DNA from: Microcystis aeruginosa NIES-843
Lineage (GTDB): Bacteria > Cyanobacteriota > Cyanobacteriia > Cyanobacteriales > Microcystaceae
Direction of reading: 5' to 3'
Length of the DNA stretch: 32,000 bases
Assembly (NCBI RefSeq): GCF_000010625.1
Contig: NC_010296.1
Coordinates: 1,230,001-1,262,000, forward strand
Shown here in pieces: positions 17,304-25,860 of the stretch; positions within the stretch are counted from its first letter, which is position 1, and the number at the start of each line of letters is the position of its first letter. Under the pieces are notes generated by a model. It was not told the origin of the DNA. It worked only from the letters and a program-made list of their open reading frames with translations, and did not search any database. The position numbers were made by a program, and so were the translations under genes.

Positions 17304-18725
17304 GGCTCTTCGGGAATTGTTATGCAAATAATTAACTTAAAATAAAATTCGATGAGAGCACCTACGCTCAAAAGTAGCTGAAATTCATACAGGGAAAGAC
17401 TTAAGGCACAAACAGGTTAATACCAAAAGATAGACAATTGAGTTAAGATTTGATATAATAGCCAAAAACGAGATTATTTTACTTATGATACTTGACAAAT
17501 TTTTGAACCTAAAAGGAACCTGTATTCAAGGCTATCTACACCTAGAAAATATCGGTATAGTTTGCCGAATCGAATCGAAAAATCAAAAAGCAACCTGTCC
17601 TCGTTGTGGGTTAGAGAGCGATAAACTCCACCAAAATCATCGACATTTAGTCAAAGATTTACCAATCTCAGGTCAACCAGTATACCTACAAATTAATCGT
17701 CGTCAATTTAAGTGCGATAATTGTCAGAGACCCTTTAGCGAAGAGTTAGATTTTGTCGCCAAGAAACGAACCTATACGAAAAGACTAGCCGCAAATATAC
17801 TCGAACAATTAAAAGAAGGAGATATTTTAAATGTTAGTCGAATAAATGACGTAACGGAAGAAGAGATTCAAAGAATGATAGAGGACATCGCCGAAGAAAT
17901 TACAGAGCCAGACCTATCGGAATTAAAAAGACTAGGAATTGATGAAATCGCTCTAGTCAAAGGACAAAAAAATTACTGTGCGGTTTTAGTAAATTTAGAT
18001 ACGGGAAAACTAATAGCTATTCTAGAGAAGCGAACACAAGAAGAGTTGAGGGAAACGCTTACTGGGTGGGGAAAAGAGGTGTTAGAGCAAATTGAAGAAG
18101 TGAGCATAGACCTTTGGTTGCCCTATAAAAATTTGGTGAAAGAATTGATGCCATCGGCCGAGGTAGTCGCCGATAGATTCCATGTCATGAAACAAATTAA
18201 TCAAGAGTTAGACGAACAGAGAAGAGCAGAAAAAAGAGCCGTAGAAGCGCAGAAAAATAAAAAACAGAAAGCAGAAAAAGAAGCCAAGCTAGAAGTTTTA
18301 AAGCGAAGTAAATATAGCCTGTTAAAAAATGAAGAAGATTTAACGGAACCCCAAAAAATTAAACTAGAAGCTATCAAAGAAAATTTGACAAATTTGAAAA
18401 AGATGCAGGAATTAAAGGAAGAATTTAGAAAGATTTATGAAACCTCAGAGAATCCGACAGAGGGAATGCTATCCATCTCGGAATGGTTGGCAAAATCCTC
18501 CAGTGTTTTTACCAAGAGTTGTCAAACAATCCGAAACTGGTTTGGAGAAATAATTAGTTATTTCGAGCGAAGGACAACGAATGGGGTGGTCGAGGGAATC
18601 AACAATAAACTTAAACTAATAAAACGGAGAGGCTATGGCTTGAGAAACTTTCGGAATTTTTGGGTTAGAAGTATGTTATCTTGGCATCTTGTATGTTGAT
18701 TTAGCATAAAGGGTAACGAAGAGCC
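17304..18725 (+). mobile_element. ISL3-family insertion sequence, copy 2 (1422 bp)
   Basis: Same termini as copy 1. The flanks AGATATGG and AAATATTA are not a duplication. Confidence 0.9.
17485..18699 (+). CDS. ISL3 family transposase
   Basis: 404 aa, differing from the 1942-3156 product at only a handful of residues. Confidence 0.95.
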   Translation: MILDKFLNLKGTCIQGYLHLENIGIVCRIESKNQKATCPRCGLESDKLHQNHRHLVKDLPISGQPVYLQINRRQFKCDNCQRPFSEELDFVAKKRTYTKRLAANILEQLKEGDILNVSRINDVTEEEIQRMIEDIAEEITEPDLSELKRLGIDEIALVKGQKNYCAVLVNLDTGKLIAILEKRTQEELRETLTGWGKEVLEQIEEVSIDLWLPYKNLVKELMPSAEVVADRFHVMKQINQELDEQRRAEKRAVEAQKNKKQKAEKEAKLEVLKRSKYSLLKNEEDLTEPQKIKLEAIKENLTNLKKMQELKEEFRKIYETSENPTEGMLSISEWLAKSSSVFTKSCQTIRNWFGEIISYFERRTTNGVVEGINNKLKLIKRRGYGLRNFRNFWVRSMLSWHLVC

Positions 18726-19011
18726 AAATATTAGGAGGTTCTGAAATTGAAAGCAGAAAATTGATGTGTCTAGATAAAACTGCCGGGATCAGTTTCGTCG
18801 TAGGTATGGTGCTAATCGTTATAATTGGGATGGATTCGGCGGGGTTTTTCCAGTTTCTGTGTGGAAACGATGTCTATAGTGATAGTTTATTGTGCAAAAT
18901 AGTCCTAAAAGTCTTGCCCAATAAGCATTTCACGATGCCATAATCAAAAATTATCACACACAGTCAAGAAGAGCCTCGCCGGTAGTTAACTTAACTAAAA
19001 AAGGAACAAGC

Positions 19012-20336
19012 TTGACATCCTCACCGCCGTAAACGGACGGTGATTCCAAAACCTCACGATTTAGGTTTCTGCTTCTTTCCCTTGCGGGGTTCCGCACCTG
19101 CCTTAACAGATTTACTCTGTTCTGGTCTTATGGTCGCTCTACAGACTGACACCGCAAGCCCTGCGGCCAAAATATTTTTACTAGCGTTAATATCTCGGTC
19201 ATGGTGTGTTCCACAGATTGGACAGTCCCACTGTCGAACATTTAACGGCATTTTCAAGGGCAATATACCCGCAATTACTACACCTTTTAGAGCTAGGAAA
19301 CCATCTATCTATTTCGATGTAATTTCTCCCATACCAACGGCATTTATAGGCTAATTGTCGGGTGATTTCTCCCCAGCTTACATCAGATATTGCCTGAGAT
19401 AATTTCGGGTTTTTGACCATATTCTTGACGGCTAAATTCTCAACAACAATCGTTTGGTTTTCACGAACTAATTGAGTGGTTAGCTTGTGTAAATGGTCTT
19501 TTCTGTTATCGGTGATTCGAGCGTGAATCTTGGCTACTTTGATTCTCGCTTTTTCCCGATTTTTTGACCCTTTCTGTTTTCGAGAAAGACTTTTAGATGC
19601 TCTTCGCAGTCTCCGATAATGCTTGTTAAAATGCTCAGGATTAGATACTTTGTCACCATCGCTGGTAATGACAAGGCTACTAATTCCTAAGTCAATTCCA
19701 ATGGCTTTATCTGTTACTGGTAATGGCTTAATCGTTGGGTCATCAAATCTTATTGAGATATGCCAACGTCCAGATGGATGTAATCTGACTGTTACTGTGC
19801 TTGGTTCACAGCTTTCTGGTATTTGTCTTGACCATCGAATAGGTAAAGGTTCTGTGCATTTGGCTAAATAGATTTGTTTGTCTTTGAACTTAAAAGCAGA
19901 TTTAGTAAATTCAGCACTTCCTCCTTGATGTTTTTTCTTAAAGTTAGGATACTTAGTACGACCAGCAAAGAAGTTAGTAAAAGCTGTTTGTAAATGTCTT
20001 AACCCTTGTTGTAAAGGTACACAGCTTACTTCATTGAGAAAGTCTAATTCTTCTTGCTTTTTCCAATCGGTTAGCATTGAAGAAGTTTGAGCGTAGCCTA
20101 CTCTTTCTTGTCTTTCGTACCATGCTTGTGTTCGTTCGTGGAGAGCTTTGTTGTAAACTAATCTTACACAGCCCAACGTGCGCCGCAATAGCGACTCTTG
20201 TTCGGGTGTGGGGTAAAATCGGAACGAGTAGGCTTTTTCCATGTCTCACATTCTAGCATATATTTCGTAAATGTTCTAATATTTAACGGTAAAGCCGTCG
20301 TAGAACGACGGGGTTTCAGACCCAAATTTTCGATGA
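19012..20336 (-). mobile_element. IS200/IS605-family tnpB-only element, copy 2 (inverted relative to copy 1)
   Basis: Collinear with copy 1 along its full length, with the same left-end and right-end hairpins. Confidence 0.8.
19054..20242 (-). pseudogene. tnpB: TnpB, with the same frame break as copy 1
   Basis: ORFs 19199-20242 and 19054-19263 show the same split point ('[12 protein letters not shown]...' versus '[18 protein letters not shown]'). Confidence 0.85.
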
Positions 20337-20643
20337 GCCAAGAAAAATCCTCTGATACTCATCGTCAATCTGTAACTGTGAAGCATAGTTGGAATGGAGT
20401 GGTCAAGCTACGTCCCCAACCTCCAAAGGCTTCCCAGACAACCCCTAAACCTAGTCCTAATCTAACAAATCCCTCGGCAACTTCAGGTGGTAATGGGTCT
20501 AGCAGCGCGGGTGAATCAGACAGTAGTAACTGATAACGTCCGAACGTCTGAACGTCCTCCCTACCCCGCTACGCACTCAGGGACTCATGGGGGTTTGTTG
20601 AAGACGGCTGTTGGCCAGGATCTCTTATAATGGGGAAGTCGGA

Positions 20644-20892
20644 ATGTTTTTTCTTCCTATGCCAGTAAGCGCTGAAGCTCTTAAGCAAGACTTGGATCGA
20701 CTGACTGATAATCAGCTTCAGCAAGTAGCTGATTTTATTGCCTTCTTAAAGTTTCGCAGTCAGCGTCATCAGGCTGTCCTCGATCCAATGCAACTGGCCG
20801 ATCTGTTTGCGGAGTTTGCTAATGAAGATCGCGCCTTTGCTGAAGAAGGTATGAATGACTATGCAGTAATACTCCATCAAGAAGACCAATGA
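20644..20892 (+). CDS. MazE/DUF2281-like antitoxin
   Basis: The small ORF ends in ATGA, overlapping the mazF-like start. It contains 'LTDNQLQQVADFIAFLKFR'. The start is uncertain (ATG 20644 or ATG 20659). Confidence 0.6.
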   Translation: MFFLPMPVSAEALKQDLDRLTDNQLQQVADFIAFLKFRSQRHQAVLDPMQLADLFAEFANEDRAFAEEGMNDYAVILHQEDQ

Positions 20893-21245
20893 TCACTAAT
20901 CCTCTGAAACGGGGTGAAGTCTGGTTAGCCGACCTCAATCCAACTCAAGGTTCTGAAGAAGCGGGCATTCGTCCCGTCATCATTTTCCAGAATGACCTTG
21001 TTTCCCAGTTCTCAACTACGATCATTGCTATTCCGCTCACCACCAACCAACGTCGCGCTGCTTTGCCTATATGCTTACTGATAGAACAAGGTAATGGTGG
21101 ACTCGGCCAAGATTCTGTTGCCCTATGTTTTCAGATGAGAGTGCTGGATAAAACTCGTTTGATCCGCACACTGGGACAACTGAGTCCCGAAATAATTGCC
21201 CAATTGGAAGAAGTGGTTTTGCTAACCTTAGGATACGAGTCCTAA
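20889..21245 (+). CDS. mazF: MazF/PemK-family type II toxin endoribonuclease
   Basis: 'RGEVWLADLNPTQGSEEAGIRPVIIFQND' and 'IIAIPLTT' form the canonical PemK/MazF N-terminal pattern. Confidence 0.85.
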   Translation: MITNPLKRGEVWLADLNPTQGSEEAGIRPVIIFQNDLVSQFSTTIIAIPLTTNQRRAALPICLLIEQGNGGLGQDSVALCFQMRVLDKTRLIRTLGQLSPEIIAQLEEVVLLTLGYES

Positions 21246-21385
21246 ATGTGGAATTAAATGGAATTCTTAAGCAATCCCAAGTTACAGTTGAGGAGTTTAT
21301 TGAGCATCTCTAGTGTCTAAATAGGTCTTGCGGCGGATAGCCTCAACACCCAAACCAAACTGCGGACAGTAAATTAGTCAATAAA

Positions 21386-22195
21386 ATGTCAAAAATTAAA
21401 AGTCCTCTGCGTTATCCAGGGGGGAAATCCCGGGCAATTAAGCAAATTATGCCGCAAATTCCTGTCAATATTAGGGAATATCGAGAACCTTTTTTTTGTG
21501 GGGGTTCTGTATTTTTTGCTGTTAAGCAACTCTTTGGACAACAAATAAAAACCTATTGGATTAATGACTTAAATTATGATTTATATTGTTTCTGGCAATG
21601 CGCTCAAGAAAATATTGAGTTTTTGGTAGCAAAAATAACAGAAATTAAACAGAAATATGATAAGGGACGAGAATTATTTCAAGATTTGACAAGGGAAGAT
21701 TTAAAGTTAACCGACTTTGAGAAAGCGGTGCGTTTTTTTATCTTAAATCGGATGACTTTTTCGGGAACAGTCGATTCCGGGGGTTATTCCCAAGCGGCTT
21801 TTAACAGTAGATTTACTGATTCATCAATTGCCAGATTAACGCAAATTGCGCCGTTATTATCATCGGTAAAAATTACTAACCAAGACTACGAAGAATTATT
21901 ATTTGCTGAGGGAAAAGAAGTTTTTATCTTCCTCGATCCCCCCTACTATAGTGCCACAAAATCCCGTTTATACGGCGTAAGAGGGAATTTACATACCAGC
22001 TTCGATCATCAACGTTTTGCCGATAATATGCGTCAATGTCAGGCTAAATGGTTAATTACCTACGATGATTGTCCAGAGATACGAAAACTCTTTGATTTTG
22101 CCCATATTATCGAGTGGAATCTTCAGTATGGCATGAATAATTATAAACAAGGAGCGGCGGCATCTGGTAGAGAATTAATGATCAAAAATTATTAG
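21386..22195 (+). CDS. Dam-like (D12 class) N6-adenine DNA methyltransferase, intact paralog
   Basis: 269 aa with 'LRYPGGKSR', 'EPFFCGGSVFF' and 'FLDPPYY'. Confidence 0.85.
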   Translation: MSKIKSPLRYPGGKSRAIKQIMPQIPVNIREYREPFFCGGSVFFAVKQLFGQQIKTYWINDLNYDLYCFWQCAQENIEFLVAKITEIKQKYDKGRELFQDLTREDLKLTDFEKAVRFFILNRMTFSGTVDSGGYSQAAFNSRFTDSSIARLTQIAPLLSSVKITNQDYEELLFAEGKEVFIFLDPPYYSATKSRLYGVRGNLHTSFDHQRFADNMRQCQAKWLITYDDCPEIRKLFDFAHIIEWNLQYGMNNYKQGAAASGRELMIKNY

Positions 22196-22266
22196 TGCGA
22201 TGCCGAAGGCACTGGGTAGCAGTAAGCTAATCTTATATGTTGGGTTGACGACTGTACTTCATCCTA

Positions 22267-23136
22267 TTAATTTAACCATTGGTGCAAATCTTCTAAATCC
22301 GAAAAATCCAATAAAGCAAGAGCTAAATTATCCAATTGATTAGGATTTAACTGTTTAATTTTTTGTTCTACCTTTAAAGGAATAGAACCTAGTTTTAAGT
22401 TTAGCTGACGCAAAATTAGGCTTTTTTTAGCCGATAATTCTCCTTCCTCTCTGCCTTCCTCTCTGCCTTCCTCTCTGCCTTCCTCTCTGCCTTCCTCTAA
22501 AGCTTCTTGATAAACCTTAGTTTCTCTTAAATCACTTAAACTAAACATAGCTTCTATCTCCTTACGGTTTAATTTCGGTAATTTATAAATGAGAATTGTC
22601 TCAATTAATTCTAGAATGTCCTGTCTTTTTAAAGACTCCTGAAATTGTTGTCTAACTTGTTGAATCAGTTCTTTTCCTTGGGCTAAGGTGTTTGGTTCCG
22701 ATTCCACAATTAATTGTAACACTTTTACCCCCAGAGAATCCCCCTCATCTAATTGATTCAGATAATAACAGTTAACCCGTCCTGACTCAAAGAATTCTTG
22801 ATAACGAGATTTGGGACTATTTTCAATTCCAGGATGAGGATGAATGATCACCCCTTGCCAATTGTTATTACTCTCACTTTGATGAAAATAGAGAAATATT
22901 TCACTAAAAAAGCGCGAGTAAAACCGTTCATCTTTTTGAAATTGTACCTCAACAAAGTAAATCGGTTCATTAAGGTTATCAGGAAGAAAGACCCCATCTA
23001 AACGAAAAGCGAGTTGTTTAACTTCTAGGGAGGAAAATTGATAATGATTGACGGTTTCAGGGGGAAGATTCAGCAAATCAAAGAAACTTTCAGGAAAAGT
23101 CTGAAAGAGACGATAGAAAATACTGTCCGTTTTCAC
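22267..23136 (-). CDS. Rpn-family PD-(D/E)XK nuclease/putative transposase (DUF2887-type N-terminus, DUF4351-type tail), paralog R1
   Basis: It has 'MKTDSIFYRLFQTFP', a 'LDGVF...YFVEVQFQK' core, an (EEGR)x4 linker and the tail '...LALALLDFSDLEDLHQWLN'. The start is GTG. Confidence 0.8.
   Translation of the reverse strand: MKTDSIFYRLFQTFPESFFDLLNLPPETVNHYQFSSLEVKQLAFRLDGVFLPDNLNEPIYFVEVQFQKDERFYSRFFSEIFLYFHQSESNNNWQGVIIHPHPGIENSPKSRYQEFFESGRVNCYYLNQLDEGDSLGVKVLQLIVESEPNTLAQGKELIQQVRQQFQESLKRQDILELIETILIYKLPKLNRKEIEAMFSLSDLRETKVYQEALEEGREEGREEGREEGREEGELSAKKSLILRQLNLKLGSIPLKVEQKIKQLNPNQLDNLALALLDFSDLEDLHQWLN
22443..22498 (-). repeat. 12-bp tandem repeat CTTCCTCTCTGC x4.7 (encodes the EEGR linker)
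   Basis: This direct tandem repeat lies inside R1. The copy number and Lys/Arg composition differ in every paralog. Confidence 0.9.
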
Positions 23137-23345
23137 TCAATTTTGTCCCTCAATGACTTGTGGTACTTGTTCAATATCTAAGTCTAAAGTTTGGGCAATT
23201 TGTTCTACACTTCACCCTAAAGCCAATAAACGGGGAATAGAGTTTAATTTAGCGGTTAATGCTCCTTCCTCTCTGCCTTCCTCTAAAATATCTTGATAGA
23301 TGACTGATTCTCTCATAATGTCACTCCGAAGGATTTTTTTTATCG
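23137..23345 (-). pseudogene. Rpn-family C-terminal tail fragment F1 (gamma-type tail)
   Basis: It reads 'RETIKKILRSDIMRESVIYQDILEEGREEGALTAKLNSIPRLLALG*SVEQIAQTLDLDIEQVPQVIEGQN' with an in-frame TGA. It has no N-terminal domain and ends immediately before the R1 GTG start. Confidence 0.6.
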
Positions 23346-24207
23346 TCTCTCGATTGTAATTCTTCGATCGCGTCGGGGGATAAATCAGTAAATCGGGCAA
23401 TTTCTGAGATAGGAAAACCAGCAGATAGCATTTTTAGAGCAATTTGTCGGGCTTTTTCTTCTTTACCTTCCTCTTTGCCTTCCTCTCTGCCTTCCTCTAA
23501 AATATCTTGATAGATGACGGATTCTCTCATAATGTCACTCCGAAGGATTTTTTTAATCGTCTCTCGATTTAATACTAACCCAGCGAGAATACTGGTAGCG
23601 GCGGCGAGATTGCTTTGCACCTGTTTTTGAGAGATAAGCTAAACGGCGCTTAACCTGCATGATCCAACAGCTATAACCCTTTTGGAGTCTATATCGGTGA
23701 TCCGAAGTAAAAGCCGTTTAGCTTAGTTTCTAGAGAACGGGACACCTGACTTAACACCTGTTCGGGATCATCGGTATTGCTGAGGACGGCAAAGGGTAAT
23801 AAACCGGGTTGATGGAAAAATTGTGGCGTATTTTCTTCCCAAAGACGGATGACTTGGAAGGAATGAAAGGTTTCCCCCAGACGGAAAGTATTTTCTTGCA
23901 CTAGCGGGGAATCACTACGTCGCAGATAAATTACCACTTGACGCATTGGTTTTTGGGGATGACGACGATAGACGCGAATGCGATAATCGAGCATTCGGAA
24001 AGGAATCTTGGAGTCGGGGTCGGTTTGAAACTCGGTATGGAGAATTAATTGCTCTGACTGCAAAAAAATCAGAGAATCGGCACGAATGGGGTCTAATTGT
24101 CATTCCGTCGGGTCGAGGACGGTTAAGGGGAGGGGAGAACCCAATAACCAAGTGGCTAGATCATCGGAGAAGTTTTCGGCAATAAATTTACAAATATTAT
24201 CAAACAT
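23321..24207 (-). pseudogene. Rpn-family nuclease paralog R2 (MFDNICKF type), with a nonsense codon and a MITE insertion
   Basis: Codon 36 is TGA (24100-24102), where paralog R3/R4 has TTA. An 87-bp MITE sits at 23637-23723. The core motif 'ILHTEFQTD' is present. Confidence 0.8.
23637..23723. mobile_element. 87-bp MITE with a TA duplication (IS630/Tc1-type target)
   Basis: It has 11-bp perfect terminal inverted repeats (AGCTAAACGGC / GCCGTTTAGCT) and is flanked by TA (23635-23636 and 23724-23725). Confidence 0.8.
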
Positions 24208-24391
24208 CGTCAGGGATTACTTTCCGTTTCTCCTAGGATACCCTCGGTCGCCGGTGTTCACATCCTGTATTCGCCGTAACTGTTGCCGAGGAGAATCGTA
24301 GCGCAGAATACATTATAGGCAAAATTCAATTCTACTCATCGACTAAATTGTATGGATATCGGCAAATTTGTCACATCTTCCCAGAAATTTC

Positions 24392-24420
24392 TTGACAATT
24401 GCTAGAGGAAAGGGTATATT
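24392..24420 (+). promoter_or_regulatory. sigma70-type promoter for the NHL-repeat gene
   Basis: TTGACA (24392-24397), a 17-nt spacer, then TATATT (24415-24420), lying 24 nt upstream of ATG 24444. Confidence 0.5.
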
Positions 24421-24443
24421 AGGGGCAGATTTTCTGAAGTTTT

Positions 24444-25472
24444 ATGTCCCTATCTAAAGTTATTAATCATGGGGGGCGGGAGAAGCGTAGCTTATCAAAG
24501 GCTCTGCTGAAATCCTTTTCCCTAGTCACGGCCACTGCGATCGGATGTATTAGTGTCGCCACCAGTGCCACTGCGGCCAGTTTTTCCTTCGCTTTCGGTA
24601 GCCAAGGTACGGGGAACGGTGAGTTCGAAAGCCCCCGTGGTATCGCCGTCAGTAGAAGTGGTGATATCTATGTAGCCGATACGGATAACAATCGGGTACA
24701 GGTATTCAACTCTAGTGGTGTCTTCCAGTCCGCTTTCGGTAGCTTCGGTACGGGGACCGGTCAGTTCCGAAGCCCCTACGGTATCGCCGTCAGTAGAGGT
24801 GGTAATGTCTATGTAGCCGATACGGACAACAATCGGGTACAGGTATTCGACTCTAGTGGTGTCTTCCAGTCCGCTTTCGGTACCAATGGTACGGGGACCG
24901 GTCAGTTCCAAGGCCCCTACGCTATCGCGGTCGGTAGCAGTGGTAATGTCTATGTAGCCGATACGTTCAACAATCGCATACAGGTATTCAACTCCACTGG
25001 TGTCTTCCAGTTCGCTTTTGGTAGCTCCAGCCCCTACGGTATCGCTGTCGGTAGCAGTGGTAATATCTATGTAGCCGATACGTTCAACAATCGCATACAG
25101 GTATTCAACTCCACTGGTGTCTTCCAGTTCGCTTTCGGTAGCCAAGGTTTGGGGAACGGTGAGTTCAATAGCCCCTTCGGTATCGCTGTCGATAGCAGCG
25201 GTTATATCTATGTAACCGATACGTTCAACGATCGCGTACAGGTATTCAACCCCAGTGGTGTCTTCCAGTCCACTTTCGGTAGCTTCGGTACGGGGAACGG
25301 TGAGTTCAGTCTGCCCTACGGTATCGCTGTCGGTAGCCGTGGTAATATCTATGTAGCCGATACGGCCAACAATCGCGTACAGGTATTCAGAACGCCCGAA
25401 CCTTCTAGTATTATCGGATTAGGCATACTAGGGGGGGGTTTAGTGGTGCGTCGCCTCGCTAAACGTGGTTAA
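24444..25472 (+). CDS. six-blade NHL-repeat beta-propeller protein with signal peptide and PEP-CTERM anchor
   Basis: It has six repeats of 'GIAV..SGNIYVADT.NNR(V/I)QVF..SGVFQ.AFG'. The C-terminus 'PEPSSIIGLGILGGGLVVRRLAKRG' is a PEP-CTERM signal. Confidence 0.85.
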   Translation: MSLSKVINHGGREKRSLSKALLKSFSLVTATAIGCISVATSATAASFSFAFGSQGTGNGEFESPRGIAVSRSGDIYVADTDNNRVQVFNSSGVFQSAFGSFGTGTGQFRSPYGIAVSRGGNVYVADTDNNRVQVFDSSGVFQSAFGTNGTGTGQFQGPYAIAVGSSGNVYVADTFNNRIQVFNSTGVFQFAFGSSSPYGIAVGSSGNIYVADTFNNRIQVFNSTGVFQFAFGSQGLGNGEFNSPFGIAVDSSGYIYVTDTFNDRVQVFNPSGVFQSTFGSFGTGNGEFSLPYGIAVGSRGNIYVADTANNRVQVFRTPEPSSIIGLGILGGGLVVRRLAKRG

Positions 25473-25860
25473 TCGGTGTGGAGTGGGGAGACGGTTAAAA
25501 TTTTCCTAATTCCCCACCCTTTGCGGTTAAAAGCTTTAATTGTCCTGCTGCCTTTGTAATTCCTCGATCGCGTCGGGGGATAAATCAGTAAATCGGGCAA
25601 TTTCTGGGATAGGAAAGCCAGCAGATAGCATTTTTAGAGCAATTTGTCGAGCTTTTTCCTCTTTGCCTTCTTGCAATCCTTCTTGTCGTCCTTTTTGTAG
25701 TCCCTTTTCCTCGCCTTCCTCTAAAATATCTTGATAGATGACGGATTCTCTCATAATGTCACTCCGAAGGATTTTTTTAATCGTCTCTCGATTTAATACT
25801 AACCCAGCGAGAATACTGGTGGCGGCGGCGAGATTGCTTTGCACCTGTTTTTGGGAGATA

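Noticed and set aside
18761-18943. A 60-aa ORF between ISL3 copy 2 and TnpB copy 2.
   Set aside because: It is at the minimum length, has no ribosome-binding site or motif, and lies in a region that looks non-coding.
20337-20533. A Ser/Pro/Thr-rich ORF tail adjoining the left end of TnpB copy 2.
   Set aside because: It has no start outside the IS, is low-complexity and matches no recognisable family. It may be the 3' end of a gene destroyed by the insertion.
20598-20631. A candidate promoter for the mazE-like gene (TATAAT at 20626-20631).
   Set aside because: The available -35-like hexamers are 9 or 22 nt away, which is incompatible spacing, so the -10 alone is not sufficient.
21248-21313. 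A 21-codon HicA-like C-terminal remnant ('GILKQSQVTVEEFIEHL').
   Set aside because: It is too short for a feature call and is mentioned only as context in a finding.
24522-25145. A 207-aa minus-strand ORF opposite the NHL-repeat gene.
   Set aside because: It is a mirror ORF created by the repeat structure. The plus-strand product has a signal peptide, NHL blades and PEP-CTERM.
22443-25400. Regularly spaced repeats (the 12-bp EEGR repeat and the ~126-bp NHL units) were considered as a possible CRISPR array.
   Set aside because: Both are in-frame coding repeats without unique spacers, and no CRISPR-like repeat-spacer architecture exists anywhere in the window.
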